A stretch of DNA of 64,000 nucleotides. It comes from a virus. Taxonomy: Duplodnaviria; Caudoviricetes. The notes under the pieces were generated by a model. It was not told where the DNA came from, did not search any database, and saw only the letters and a list, made by a program, of their open reading frames with translations. Numbering within the stretch: the stretch's first letter is position 1; every line of letters begins with the position of its first letter. The translations under genes and the position numbers were made by a program. Below, one piece after another: positions 1 to 10,670 of this stretch. The stretch lies in IMG/VR virus record IMGVR_UViG_3300008262_000001; one strand, written 5' to 3'.

Positions 1-2918
1 GTCGTGGTTCTCTTTTTTCCGAAAGAAATATTTCTAATAGAAGCAAAATCTGCAGGATCTATAGCAAGGAAATCTCTGAATCCTGATCCTCTATTCAGAG
101 CAAAACTAGGAGTTCCGAACCCTAATATTACTGTGTAATTAATATCTTGAGTGAAAAAATAAAGGCTAAATCCATCGACAAGTTTAACCCATTTGTTATT
201 CTCTTCTGGATTAATCCCGGATCCATCGGATTCTAAGCATCCAAACCACCCACCATTTCCTGCTCCTGCAGAAACCCTAACTACGTCACCTGCTGCGTAG
301 GTAGTTGGAGGGGAAACTGAATCCCAAACAGGATAAGAAGTACTAGCTGGCCACCTTCTGAACTTAAAAGCCCTCCAATCGAAATAGCCTTCGATATTTC
401 TGTTTGTATCTTTTCTATAAGTTATAGCTCCTCTAAATCCAGATACAATTGTAGAAGGTGAAGTAGAAGTAGTAAAAGCTTCATCTCCATAAAAGTTGCT
501 TGGATCAGGATCCCAATAAATGATATCCTCAGGGTAATCCTCTGAAATCACTCTTTGGTCTATAGTTGTAGCTGATGTCGCAAGTACATAAATTTCTTCT
601 GTCGAGCCAGTATTTGTGGCTGTACCTGCGGTTTCAAGGATATAATGGACTGTTCTAAAATCGTTTATTCTATACAGAGTTCCTGGAGTCATTGTGCCTC
701 CTGAAAAGAGAGCATAAAATGCTGAATAAGTAAGAGATGTTACAGAAACAGTACCAGTGGCTCCAGTAGATCCAGTTGCTCCAGCTGTTCCCGTTGGTCC
801 AGTAACACCTGTTCCAGTTGGTCCAGTAGCACCAGCTGTTCCAGTAGGTCCAGTAGCTCCTGCTGATCCTGTGGGACCAGTTACACCTGTTCCTGTTGGT
901 CCAGTAGGTCCAACTGGACCTCCAGAAGGACCGGTAGCACCAGCTGTTCCAGTAGGTCCAGTAGGTCCCATTTGTCCTTGAAGGGCAAGTACTGATATAC
1001 CTGTGTCGCCCAGTGTTATATTAACAGTTCCAACCCCACCTGCATCATATTCAACTTTAACCCAATACTGATCCCCGGCTACTGCATCTATAATCCCTGT
1101 TACCACCACGGTTTCAAAAGGGGATTCAGAACCAGATGATACATCTTCAATAGTTTTGAAAGCCTTCAGGTTAGCAACTTCAACAGGAGAAGAAGTTGAC
1201 GACATGAGTTTTGTGGTTATCAAAGAAGATGCTGAGGCAGTAACATTGTCTAATCCTATTTTATAGCTAACAAAGTATTTTCCAGATACCAAAGTTTCGA
1301 AATAAGTTCCAGTTATTCCGGAAGGAACATAATTACCTACTGCAAAATATGATGAATCAATAAGATTAGTTGTATCAAATCTAGCTGGAATGTTACCTCC
1401 TGTACTTAATGATTGTGCATTAGCCACATTAGAAAGATCTAAATATGGCATAGTTCCAGGTGAACCTGCAGGGCCGGTTGCTCCTGTTACACCATCAGCC
1501 CCAGTTGGACCAGTAACTCCTGTGACACCAGCGGCTCCTGTTGGTCCAGTTGCACCAGTGGATCCATTTGTTCCAGTAGCACCGGTAGTGCCGGTAGCTC
1601 CTGTAGTTCCAGTAGCTCCTTTAATGTTGGTAACTAAACTCCAAACTGAAGAAGCTTTCGTGTAAACGTTATCAGTATCTAGATCTAAATACGTATCACC
1701 ATTACTTCCCAGTGAAGGCAAAGGAACTCCAGACCCAGTTCTAAAACTTTGACCAGATGCTCCAGTTGATCCTGCACTACCTGTAGATCCAGTTGGTCCA
1801 GTTACACCAGTTGCACCGGTAACTCCAGCACCAGTAGCACCAACTGATCCAGTTGGTCCAGTGGCACCTGTAGCACCATTATTTCCTGCACTTCCTTTTG
1901 CTCCCTGAGGTCCTGTTGCTCCAGTTGGGCCAGTTAATCCAGTTGGACCAGTAGCTCCATCAGTTCCTGTAGGACCAGTAGCTCCAGATCCTGTTGGACC
2001 TGTGGTTCCAGTTGGACCCGTTAAACCTATTGATCCTGTAGGTCCAGTTGGACCTTGAACACCTGTTGCTCCAGTTGGTCCTCCAGCAGCTCCAGTTGGA
2101 CCAGTTGGACCATTTCCCCCTGTTGCAGTTATCAAACTAACCCATTGGTCAATACCATCTGCACCGCCTGACATAGATCCACCAGTGACATTGGTTGGAA
2201 TTGCTCCTGCAAAAGTTATAGCATCACCGTTTGAGCTTGATCCTAATCCTGGGAGTGCTACAATTGTTACTGTGTTTGTGTTAGATTCTGCTAAGCAAGG
2301 ACCAGTTGTGTTGCTGGCTATCGCCAGAACAAGCTGCTGTGCTGTTATAGTGTTAGTAGTATTCCAACTGGTTGTACCTGCAGTTACTCCGTTATATAAA
2401 ACAGAAATGCTTTGTCCTGTGGTACCTGTAGATCCAATTGTAAATGAAAAAGTAGATCTTACTTCACCTACCTCAAAATAAGCTTCGTAATCATTACCAG
2501 TAAATCTGATTTGTCCAGCTACTCCTGGTAATATTGTATCGTCCGTATACGTTCTGTCAAGAACAAGTCTTAATCTTCCACCTTTGTTGGCATTACCTAC
2601 TATAACATTACCACCTGCATAAATGTCATTAACAGTGTTTAATCCACTAGAAAGAATATCACCATTTGCTCCGTTTAATTGAATCGAACTTGTTCCTTCT
2701 ATAGGAAGCCTAATCAAGTTGGATTTCAAACTCCCAACGTTTAATTTACCTGTAGGAAAGTTAAGAGATTTATCCTGGATTGATATTCCAAATGCTCTGT
2801 TAAGAAGAGTAAAACCTTCTTGCAGTTGTGCAAAATTAGCATTGGTGATCTGATTGTTTGCTCCAATTGTGTTGGAGGCAAGTAATTGCTTTATTGATAT
2901 CTGACTAAGCTCCTGCAT
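1..2918 (-). CDS. Collagen-like (Gly-X-Y, mostly GPT/GAT) tail fibre or virion appendage protein; runs off the left edge of the window (partial, >970 aa)
   Basis: Absent from the ORF track, which lists no ORF lacking a stop in the window. Manual minus-strand translation from ATG 2918 ([23 protein letters not shown]...) shows no stop in the stretches read, with three G-P-T blocks (~2125-1780, ~1620-1455, ~985-757) and a GATATATA motif at 2937-2944. Confidence 0.7.
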   Translation of the reverse strand, partial: MQELSQISIKQLLASNTIGANNQITNANFAQLQEGFTLLNRAFGISIQDKSLNFPTGKLNVGSLKSNLIRLPIEGTSSIQLNGANGDILSSGLNTVNDIYAGGNVIVGNANKGGRLRLVLDRTYTDDTILPGVAGQIRFTGNDYEAYFEVGEVRSTFSFTIGSTGTTGQSISVLYNGVTAGTTSWNTTNTITAQQLVLAIASNTTGPCLAESNTNTVTIVALPGLGSSSNGDAITFAGAIPTNVTGGSMSGGADGIDQWVSLITATGGNGPTGPTGAAGGPTGATGVQGPTGPTGSIGLTGPTGTTGPTGSGATGPTGTDGATGPTGLTGPTGATGPQGAKGSAGNNGATGATGPTGSVGATGAGVTGATGVTGPTGSTGSAGSTGASGQSFRTGSGVPLPSLGSNGDTYLDLDTDNVYTKASSVWSLVTNIKGATGTTGATGTTGATGTNGSTGATGPTGAAGVTGVTGPTGADGVTGATGPAGSPGTMPYLDLSNVANAQSLSTGGNIPARFDTTNLIDSSYFAVGNYVPSGITGTYFETLVSGKYFVSYKIGLDNVTASASSLITTKLMSSTSSPVEVANLKAFKTIEDVSSGSESPFETVVVTGIIDAVAGDQYWVKVEYDAGGVGTVNITLGDTGISVLALQGQMGPTGPTGTAGATGPSGGPVGPTGPTGTGVTGPTGSAGATGPTGTAGATGPTGTGVTGPTGTAGATGSTGATGTVSVTSLTYSAFYALFSGGTMTPGTLYRINDFRTVHYILETAGTATNTGSTEEIYVLATSATTIDQRVISEDYPEDIIYWDPDPSNFYGDEAFTTSTSPSTIVSGFRGAITYRKDTNRNIEGYFDWRAFKFRRWPASTSYPVWDSVSPPTTYAAGDVVRVSAGAGNGGWFGCLESDGSGINPEENNKWVKLVDGFSLYFFTQDINYTVILGFGTPSFALNRGSGFRDFLAIDPADFASIRNISFGKKRTT

Positions 2919-2963
2919 TCCGGAAGTATTTTGCTTTATATATCCGGATAAGAAAAGTCAATC

Positions 2964-3365
2964 TTAACTCAAAAGTGATTCAATTTCTTTGTAGTAAGAT
3001 TTGAATTTAGTAGGAAAGAAATCGATCATTTCTTGAATTTCTCTGTCAGAGATTTGGTGCTTGTTTTTTATGAACTCTAAAATCTCTTCTTTGTATTTCA
3101 GGTTTTCTTTTTCCTTCTCCCCCTTAAGAGTTTTTGTCCAAATCCACTGCGGGGTCTTTTTGTTCTGATGAGAAACAAAAACCTTCCAAAAATCCACAGC
3201 TTTTTCTGGTTGGATTTTTATATGGTTGAAAGAATTAGCCTGTAAAGGGAAAGCGATAGAGCAAAGTCTATTAATCATGAAGAAATTTCTGGATTTGTCT
3301 CTATCCTTTATTTTTTCCCAATCCTTTGTGTGGAAAGCCTTTATTAAATCGAAAGGATTATTCAT
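2964..3365 (-). CDS. Probable clamp loader small subunit (T4 gp62-like)
   Basis: 133 aa; FFMINRLCS...WIWTK...EILEFIKNKHQISDRE pattern resembles gp62; lies in the same operon as the gp44-like gene. Confidence 0.55.
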   Translation of the reverse strand: MNNPFDLIKAFHTKDWEKIKDRDKSRNFFMINRLCSIAFPLQANSFNHIKIQPEKAVDFWKVFVSHQNKKTPQWIWTKTLKGEKEKENLKYKEEILEFIKNKHQISDREIQEMIDFFPTKFKSYYKEIESLLS

Positions 3366-4495
3366 TAGTCAAAAAGTGAAAATGGATCAAATTGTTTTGG
3401 AGGGCTTGTGTCTTTAGCCCATGGAGATTTCTCTATCATGATTTTTTTATCAACCAGTGGAGCCACTCTTTCAGATTTGGAAAGAGAAATAACATGGTTC
3501 TTGAGATTTTCAACCATATCTTCAGGAATAGCTTTGTGATTTAACCAAACTAACCTTCCGTTTTCTTCGTAATACTGCTTGAATTTCTCTCTATTCTCAC
3601 TGTTGTCTGTTTGTCCTATCAATCTTAAAGAAAGTCCAGCTAACCATGATAAAAACTCATCGTTTTCCCATAAATCCTCCATTGAAAATTTCTCCCAAGG
3701 TGATTGTACATACAAATCCCATATCTTTTGAGCTTTTCCTTCGGCAATATTAGAGGTTTTACCATTCTTAGTTAGATAAGGAAAAACTCCAGGAACATCG
3801 TCCTTTTTATCCCCCATCAAGATTTTTTTGAACACAAATTCTTTGATCTCGATTTTTTCAATAGTGCAGGAGGATATAAGATTCTGTAGTTTATGGTTGT
3901 TCGATCCTGAAATCGGAGTAACATCAAAAATTGTAGTTTCCTGTTCGTCTTCAATCTTCCAATTATCTGACACAATGAACCTATTGTTCTTTGAATTGCT
4001 ATTCCAAATGCAAGTCCAAGTTTTACCGTTGGAACGTACTAGCTGGTGCATATCTTTGTCTCCACTTAAAATGATAACTTGGTCATCTGAATCCTTTAGA
4101 TGTTCACACCAAGCCCATATTAAGTCGTCTCCTTCTGCTCCACCACAAGTGCTATAAATAAATCCATTCTCCGAAAGGTATTCTCCAAACTCTTCCAAGA
4201 GCTTAAAGAAAGATCCCCAATCAACACCTTCTCCTTTTACCCTGCTTTCCTTATAAACGCTTCGGGTAATCTTATAGTCTTTTCTCCAAGATCTTGAATC
4301 CTTACAAAATATAACTCTATTGAGATCTGGAATCTGATTCAGGGAATAGCACATATCAGTTATGACCTTCCTAAGAAACATGTTTCTTTCTGTTTCTGAA
4401 GATAAAACATCACCTGGGCTTTTACTACCAAAACCAGAAAATATACCAAAGGTTTTATGTAGCAAATAGTTGCCGTCCAAAATAACTGTAACCAT
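3365..4495 (-). CDS. rnh: 5'-3' exonuclease / T4 RNase H-like (FEN1/PIN fold)
   Basis: Motifs ILDGNYL, FCKDSRSWRK..YKESR, EGDDLI, SGDKDMHQL, LMGDKKDDVPGV. Confidence 0.85.
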   Translation of the reverse strand: MVTVILDGNYLLHKTFGIFSGFGSKSPGDVLSSETERNMFLRKVITDMCYSLNQIPDLNRVIFCKDSRSWRKDYKITRSVYKESRVKGEGVDWGSFFKLLEEFGEYLSENGFIYSTCGGAEGDDLIWAWCEHLKDSDDQVIILSGDKDMHQLVRSNGKTWTCIWNSNSKNNRFIVSDNWKIEDEQETTIFDVTPISGSNNHKLQNLISSCTIEKIEIKEFVFKKILMGDKKDDVPGVFPYLTKNGKTSNIAEGKAQKIWDLYVQSPWEKFSMEDLWENDEFLSWLAGLSLRLIGQTDNSENREKFKQYYEENGRLVWLNHKAIPEDMVENLKNHVISLSKSERVAPLVDKKIMIEKSPWAKDTSPPKQFDPFSLFD

Positions 4496-4962
4496 TAAAA
4501 AATATTTTTTATCACCATATCATAGTCAGAAAATTCGAAAAAATCCTCATTATCAGCTATGATCCTTCTTTCTGTGGAATCCGCGTCATTTCTTTGATTG
4601 ATCCTTTCCTTCCTAAGGGCAAGATCTGGATTTAGAAAAATAACCATGCTTCTATTTCTATCTTCTTGACTAAGACATTTTAGTCCGGATGGACTTAAAA
4701 TAAAAAGATCTTTGACTTCAAATTCACCTTTGGAAATGCCATAGTACCATCCATTAAAAACTTGTAGCTCTAAAAAGATGTCATGGTTAGCTTTGAAAAA
4801 GTCTTCATCTCTAAAAAAATAATCCACACCTTCTACTTCTCCTTGTCTTGGCGGTCTTGAAGTGAATGAAACACCATAGGTGAATCCCTTATCTGTAAAT
4901 TTTTTTCTGAGAAAATCTTTTCCAGATCCTCCAGGTCCAACTATTATAATTTTTGCTGACAT
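4495..4962 (-). CDS. gmk: Guanylate kinase-like NMP kinase
   Basis: P-loop GPGGSGKD, SFTSRPPRQGEVEGVDYFF, WYYG. Confidence 0.85.
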   Translation of the reverse strand: MSAKIIIVGPGGSGKDFLRKKFTDKGFTYGVSFTSRPPRQGEVEGVDYFFRDEDFFKANHDIFLELQVFNGWYYGISKGEFEVKDLFILSPSGLKCLSQEDRNRSMVIFLNPDLALRKERINQRNDADSTERRIIADNEDFFEFSDYDMVIKNIF

Positions 4963-5024
4963 GATTTGGTTTTGTGTAGTATACTATGCGTTGATCAAGG
5001 GTTTTGACTACAATGAGTAGTTTT

Positions 5025-5981
5025 CTATGCTTTATTTGCCATTTGTTGTAAAGTAAATATTAAGGCAAGCAAACTAACTACGGGATCAATAACAAGGTTC
5101 CTTTCAGCTTGGTATTTAGCAACTGTTATTATTATACCAGGAATCAAACCTGAGTTTTGTGGTTTTTTCTCTTGAATCCATCTTATAAAATCAGAGCTTA
5201 AAGATGTCATAACATCATCTGTTTTTGAAGAGTACTGCCCAACGATGTACTGGTAATTTTTTACAGGATCTGGTTTAGAAAAAATGAGCTCAAATACTTC
5301 TTCGTGGTCCCACAAAACCTCATTTATCTTTGATTCAGTTAGATCTTTAATCCCATCAATACTCCATCTTTGAATTGTGTTAAGTGCAGACCTCATGTCT
5401 GGAAAATACTTCTTCGTAAAAAGATCTAAATTCTTATCATCGTGCTCAATTTGAATTGCTGAAAGTATTTTGCTAACCCTTGACTTCCATTGATCTTGGA
5501 TTTCAACCTCTTCTTCTTTATTAATCGGATCAAAATCATAGAGTTCAAATCTTGATCTGATTGCTTCCGGAATTTTGTTTAGGTAGTTACAGGTGGCAAC
5601 GAATCTTGTACCTTTTGCATATTTTTCAATGGTTCCCCTTAAAGCCTTATAAAATTGTTCAGATGCACCATCAAACTCATCCAGGATTACAATCTTAGTC
5701 ATGTTCTCCCCGTCCATGATTGAGACAGTAGAACAGAAATCGTGAATTTTAGTTCTAATAGTCTCAACTGAACTTTCGTCAGAAACATTAATAAAAATGT
5801 GAGGATGGTTTTTCATCAGGATTTTTGCCATGCTGGTTTTTCCTGACCCTGGAGATCCCGATAAAAGCACATTTTGTTGTAAACCTCCTTCGAATGAATT
5901 CTTGATTCTATCCGGAAGGATCATGTGCTTTAATTCCTTCGGTCTGAGTTTCTCAGTTAATAATTCTTGTATCATTTGCAA
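5025..5981 (-). CDS. gp44: Clamp loader large subunit (T4 gp44 / RFC-like AAA+)
   Basis: EKLRPK, Walker A GSPGSGKT, Walker B ILDEFD, SRF, YFPDMRSALN; alternative start at 5975. Confidence 0.9.
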   Translation of the reverse strand: MQMIQELLTEKLRPKELKHMILPDRIKNSFEGGLQQNVLLSGSPGSGKTSMAKILMKNHPHIFINVSDESSVETIRTKIHDFCSTVSIMDGENMTKIVILDEFDGASEQFYKALRGTIEKYAKGTRFVATCNYLNKIPEAIRSRFELYDFDPINKEEEVEIQDQWKSRVSKILSAIQIEHDDKNLDLFTKKYFPDMRSALNTIQRWSIDGIKDLTESKINEVLWDHEEVFELIFSKPDPVKNYQYIVGQYSSKTDDVMTSLSSDFIRWIQEKKPQNSGLIPGIIITVAKYQAERNLVIDPVVSLLALIFTLQQMANKA

Positions 5982-7294
5982 TTTTCTGTAAAATCGTCTG
6001 CTAAAGTTTTATCGTTTCGTATTTCTATAAATCTTGGTAAGAATAATGACCAATTGTTGTTTTTGTCATTGATTATTACATTGTACTGAACTGAACATAT
6101 CTTACCGATGTGTTGATCTGGTTCAACACTCAATTCATGAAGATCGTTGTCAGTAAAACCAGATCCTATTTTTACCTTTAATATTCCGGTTTGATCCTCA
6201 CAAATAAACCCTCCTATAAATCCTTCTCTTTTTCCTTCTCCTGGGTACCAACCTTTAATTACTAAATCGCACTCGTTTACTTCTTTGAGTTTAATCCAAT
6301 TTTTTGATCTTTTACATTCGTAAACGTGATCTGGATTTTTAAGAATAACTCCTTCACCACCTTTACTAACTATATTTTTATAGTAACTATAGATGTCTTC
6401 TTTTTCTTTTGTAACAAATGATTCAGCCAATGTTACGGAATATGTTGGGGATTTTTCAAATACCCCTTCTAATGTTTGTCTCCTTATTTCAAAAGGAATT
6501 ACCCCCTTGCCTCTTTTCAGAGTTTCTGCATCTTCAAGATCAAAAACATTGAACATTAAATCATCACCTATAGAACTTGCAGGTTTTCCTTTGAGCATTT
6601 GGTTAACTTTTCCAGAAACACTTTTTCTATTTGAGTCTGTAAGTTCACCGTCTAAAAACCAATCGCCTTCTAATCCTGAATTTTTAATAAGAAGTTTACA
6701 TTCGTTTGCTATGACTGAAAGATATCCAGAAGAAATTTCATTGAAAGCCCTCGTGAAGAATTTAACTTCTTGTCCTGACACGAAAGCGATTATTCTAACT
6801 CCGTCATATTTTTCCTCACATATGATTTTCCCCCATTTGTTTATCTCTTTCTCATCGTCCTCTGCTAACATCAGACTAGGATCAGGTATAACTTCTCTTC
6901 CGAATGCCTTGTTGATTAATTTAGCTCCGATTCCTATATTCAATCTTTTGGTTAGGACCTTACCGAGCATTTTTCTTTCTTCAAAAGAAGCTTGAGTACA
7001 ATTAACTAGCTCAAAAGCCTCTTCTCGAAATTTGTCATTTGGTGCTGGTGCTTCAAAAAGTCTGCTTGTTAGATCTACAAACTTTTCGAATGCGTCATAT
7101 TGGACTAAATATGGACTTTCTTCTATGACTTCTAATTTGTGTAGTTTAGTGGTCAAAAAAGGATCTAAAGCAACTTTTAGCAAATACTCTAACTCTTTCG
7201 AGTAGTTGTTTTTAATGAGATCCTGTTTGATTTTTTGTGATCCCTCTCCAGTAGTAGATTCTATTTGTAGAAGGACAGAAAGTTCTTTTTGCAT
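5972..7294 (-). CDS. lig: ATP-dependent DNA ligase (T4 gp30-like)
   Basis: EKYDGVR, LDGEL, FNVFD, EGVILK, WIKLK, GSGFTD, LFLPRFIEIRNDK. Start placed at MQKELS (7294), downstream of a TAAATTTG element. Confidence 0.92.
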   Translation of the reverse strand: MQKELSVLLQIESTTGEGSQKIKQDLIKNNYSKELEYLLKVALDPFLTTKLHKLEVIEESPYLVQYDAFEKFVDLTSRLFEAPAPNDKFREEAFELVNCTQASFEERKMLGKVLTKRLNIGIGAKLINKAFGREVIPDPSLMLAEDDEKEINKWGKIICEEKYDGVRIIAFVSGQEVKFFTRAFNEISSGYLSVIANECKLLIKNSGLEGDWFLDGELTDSNRKSVSGKVNQMLKGKPASSIGDDLMFNVFDLEDAETLKRGKGVIPFEIRRQTLEGVFEKSPTYSVTLAESFVTKEKEDIYSYYKNIVSKGGEGVILKNPDHVYECKRSKNWIKLKEVNECDLVIKGWYPGEGKREGFIGGFICEDQTGILKVKIGSGFTDNDLHELSVEPDQHIGKICSVQYNVIINDKNNNWSLFLPRFIEIRNDKTLADDFTENCK

Positions 7295-7309
7295 GTTATT
7301 TGTTTTAAG

Positions 7310-7317
7310 CAAATTTA
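7310..7317 (-). promoter_or_regulatory. Bacteroidota-type TAnnTTTG element (representative)
   Basis: Also at 22030-22037, 45272-45279, 55329-55336 and 58368-58375, each just upstream of a gene start on the minus strand. Confidence 0.6.
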
Positions 7318-7416
7318 AGAAAATTAGAAGAAGAAAAAAAAATTCCTACTATTTTACACCAAAAAACACAGGAGTTTCCAGTGAAAGGAATAATATGAAG
7401 AAAATGGAAACGTGGA

Positions 7417-9063
7417 TTATGCTTCTGCAGGTGGTGTTTCGGCAGCTGGAGTTTCTGTCGCAGGTGTTTCAGCAGCTGGAGTAGTTTCAGCTGGTGCTGC
7501 TCCCCCTTCTGTTGCTACACCAGAAGCTCCTTGACTTTTTTCAATGTAAGTTTTGTTCATCCTAATGTCATCATAGTTTAAATCCAAGAACCTTTCAATG
7601 AGGAAGTCTTGGTTGAAATATTGTACTTCTTCATCGTTTACATTTTCTTTGATTTCTCCCAATGATGTAACAAAATCGATTTTCTTAATAAGTTGCTCAA
7701 TTTCTCTGGATTCACCAAAAACATTGTCACTTTCGAACTTAACCCCTATTTGACTTCTAAATTCTGGGTCATTCTTAAGGCTTGGAAAATCTAAACACAT
7801 TTGAATCCAAAGGGGTTTAACAACAATCTCTTGGAATATAGACCTTAATCTTGTAACAAACTTTGAAAATCTTACTTCATCTCTTTCAGATCCATCTGCT
7901 GGGATTTTAAAAGGATTTCCAGCCCCAACCCCCCATCTTGCACTAAATCTATTGTAAGGTATTTTTGAATCCTGTCTGAGTTTGTTATAGAAATAAACAA
8001 CAGAATCCATAATGTTCAAGTTTGGCCCTTGAGCATTAATGGTTTCTACTTTAACACTATTCCCTGCTTGTTGAGGAAAAAGATAGTTTTTATAAAACTG
8101 TAAATCTGGTCTTCCATTAATAGCAAGTTCTCCTGATGTTGTATCGAGTTTAATATCCTCCTTGTAAACTGACATAAGCTCGCCAAGTGTCTCTTTTGCC
8201 TTTTGTGGTGACTTACTTCCGATAGGAACTGTCATTTTAATTCTAAACTGCGAGTTCATAACATTCCAGATAATCCTAGAATGCTCCATGATCTTTAACA
8301 AGTTATAAGATCTAATCAATCTTTCCGTATAAGATGTTCTTGATGCAGTGTTGGCCTTAGCATAAGATATGTAAATAACTTGGGCATCCAAAAGTCTTCT
8401 TTGTCTTGTAGTTTCACCATAGTATTGCCACCAGATAGATTCTCTTGTGCCATCGGGTCTTTTTTCAACTGCAGGGGTTAAACTTGTTGCATCGAGTTCT
8501 TTGAATCCCACAATTTCTTTACCATCGCTAGAGTATATGATCTCAAAAGCAAGAAACCCTTCAACTAAAAGTTGTCTGAAATATTGCCAACCAGTTAACC
8601 CATTGGCAAAATTATGAAGTACATAAAGTTTTCTGAAGTTCTTCCTAAGCGCTTGTACCACATCCTCCTTTAAATCCATATTAATCATGCTAGGATGACA
8701 AAAGAAGTTTTTCTCATCGTACACTATGGCTTCATCACAAATAGTGTCTAGAATGTATTCTATTTCAGCATTGAGGGCAAACGTTCTTAAGAAATCTCTT
8801 TTGTAAGGATAGTCTTTATCAAAATAAGCGATATATTTCCTATTAGATGTGTCTTGAGCAGCTATACTATAAATGAAATCTTCGTCATCCTCAGAAAAAC
8901 CGAATCTTTCCCTCATATTGGCTTCAGATATACCAATAGCCATAGAGTCTTGAATCACAAGATCTTTGTAATCCATTCCAAAGCTTCCTAACCCGCTGAG
9001 ATTTTTAATAATCCTCGATATGTTGGGATTGAATTTTCCTAAGTTATCTATAAATCCAGCCAT
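7417..9063 (-). CDS. gp20: Portal protein, paralogue 1 (T4 gp20-like)
   Basis: EIEYILDTICDEAIV, FRQLLVEG, RLIRSYNLLKIMEHSRIIW, KAKETLGELMSVYK, RDEVRFSKFVTRLR follow the gp20 motif order. Confidence 0.85.
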   Translation of the reverse strand: MAGFIDNLGKFNPNISRIIKNLSGLGSFGMDYKDLVIQDSMAIGISEANMRERFGFSEDDEDFIYSIAAQDTSNRKYIAYFDKDYPYKRDFLRTFALNAEIEYILDTICDEAIVYDEKNFFCHPSMINMDLKEDVVQALRKNFRKLYVLHNFANGLTGWQYFRQLLVEGFLAFEIIYSSDGKEIVGFKELDATSLTPAVEKRPDGTRESIWWQYYGETTRQRRLLDAQVIYISYAKANTASRTSYTERLIRSYNLLKIMEHSRIIWNVMNSQFRIKMTVPIGSKSPQKAKETLGELMSVYKEDIKLDTTSGELAINGRPDLQFYKNYLFPQQAGNSVKVETINAQGPNLNIMDSVVYFYNKLRQDSKIPYNRFSARWGVGAGNPFKIPADGSERDEVRFSKFVTRLRSIFQEIVVKPLWIQMCLDFPSLKNDPEFRSQIGVKFESDNVFGESREIEQLIKKIDFVTSLGEIKENVNDEEVQYFNQDFLIERFLDLNYDDIRMNKTYIEKSQGASGVATEGGAAPAETTPAAETPATETPAAETPPAEA

Positions 9064-9065
9064 AG

Positions 9066-10670
9066 TTATAATTTAAATTCTCCTGCAGCTTCTTCAGGTT
9101 TAGTTTCTTCCGTGCCCTCACCCTCTTTTCCTTCTGCTTCTTTTTTCTTCTCAGCAGCTTCTTTCTTAGCTTTTTCGTTATCAATTCTATCTTGAGCTGT
9201 CATTCCAAGATATCTGTCGAGCAAGAATTGTAAACTAAAATATGGTTTACCCTCTGAATTTTTCAAGCCCAATATTTTAATCACTTGATCTTTTCTTGCT
9301 GTCATAATTTCCATCTCCTTGGCTTCTTTAAACATGTTCTCTTTCACGTAATCAAGACCAAATTCGGATTTAATTATATAGTCATTTTTGAGATGCGGAA
9401 AGTCCAAACAAAATTGGACCCAGAGGGGTTTCATTAAGATTTCTTGGTAGATTGACCTTAGCCTGTTTATGAATTTACTAAATCTAATTTCTTCCATATC
9501 CAATCCATCTGCTCCAAAGGAAATAGTTCCTTCAGATCCGCTGTCTTCTCTTCCAAATCTTGAAACTGGAACTTTTGAATCTATCCTTAATTTGTTTGCA
9601 AAATATTGAAGAGCCTTTGTATCAGAAAATGCAGTGGCATCACCAGCTCCTGGTAAAGGCTGAATATCTGGAGTTCCATTAGGAGAAGATGGCATTAAAT
9701 AATTCTTGAAGAATTGTATTTTTGGCCTTCCGTCAACTGTTAACTCACCAGAGTCTGTATTTAATCTTATGTCCTCTTTGTAAATTGACATAAGTTCACC
9801 TAGAGTTTGTTTGGCTTTTTGTGGTGATTTTGTACCTATTGGTACAGTCATAGCCATACGATAAGAGGAATTCATCACGTTCCAAATTATCCTAGTGTGC
9901 TCCATGATTCTAAGCAAATTGAATGACCTTATTAATCTTTCAATGTAGCTTATTCTCGAAGCTGTACCACCACCCTTGGCGTAACTTATATAGATGATTT
10001 GCGAATCGTACAATTTTCTGGTTAAGGAAGGATTATCAGGATATTGAATCCAGATATCAACGAAAGATCCATCAGGCTGAGCTTCTACAGTTGGAACTAA
10101 CGATGCTGCATCTATTTCTTTGAATCCAACTATACTTTTTCCTTTCTTATCGAAAACTATTTCAAAAGCAAGATTTCCCTCTACTAAAAATTTGCGGAAT
10201 AAATGCCAAGCTGAGATATCCTGATTGAATCCAAATAGGTTATAAATTTCTTTATATCTTTTTTGGGTCTGAGCATAGATTTCTTTATCGACATCTTCAT
10301 GTTGCATGAAAGAGAAATAAGCCCAGAAATTCTTATCATCATAAACTATCGATTCATCACATACAGTATCTAATATGAATTCTATTTCCGGATTTTGTGC
10401 AAACCCTTGAACATAATGTCTTTTGTTCTTGAAATCCTTATCAAAATAAGCTATGTATTGTTTTGTTGTGGTATCTGCTTTTCTTATCCCGAAAAGGAAT
10501 GACTCATCCTTTATACCACCTTTCTTAAGAAATTGTGCCTCAGTAACACCAACTGCATAGGAATTTTTTACGACTAGATCTCCATAAGCCATTCCGAAAT
10601 TTCCCACTTTTTTAATATTCTCTACAATAGAGCTAAAAAAAGTTTTTTTGCCATCTGTAAATCCAGCCAT
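9066..10670 (-). CDS. gp20: Portal protein, paralogue 2 (T4 gp20-like)
   Basis: EIEFILDTVCDESIV, FRKFLVEG, RLIRSFNLLRIMEHTRIIW, EEIRFSKFINRLR; aligns along its length with the adjacent ORF. Confidence 0.85.
   Translation of the reverse strand: MAGFTDGKKTFFSSIVENIKKVGNFGMAYGDLVVKNSYAVGVTEAQFLKKGGIKDESFLFGIRKADTTTKQYIAYFDKDFKNKRHYVQGFAQNPEIEFILDTVCDESIVYDDKNFWAYFSFMQHEDVDKEIYAQTQKRYKEIYNLFGFNQDISAWHLFRKFLVEGNLAFEIVFDKKGKSIVGFKEIDAASLVPTVEAQPDGSFVDIWIQYPDNPSLTRKLYDSQIIYISYAKGGGTASRISYIERLIRSFNLLRIMEHTRIIWNVMNSSYRMAMTVPIGTKSPQKAKQTLGELMSIYKEDIRLNTDSGELTVDGRPKIQFFKNYLMPSSPNGTPDIQPLPGAGDATAFSDTKALQYFANKLRIDSKVPVSRFGREDSGSEGTISFGADGLDMEEIRFSKFINRLRSIYQEILMKPLWVQFCLDFPHLKNDYIIKSEFGLDYVKENMFKEAKEMEIMTARKDQVIKILGLKNSEGKPYFSLQFLLDRYLGMTAQDRIDNEKAKKEAAEKKKEAEGKEGEGTEETKPEEAAGEFKL

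Noticed and set aside
757-2125. Short recurring DNA repeats (ggtccagt/ccagttgg) as a possible CRISPR or satellite array
   Set aside because: Period of 9 nt with third-position variation, fully explained by Gly-Pro-Thr codons; no constant repeat with unique spacers.
757-2481. Plus-strand Pro/Val-rich ORFs (757-981, 1390-1665, 2185-2481)
   Set aside because: They are antisense shadows of the minus-strand collagen-like gene.
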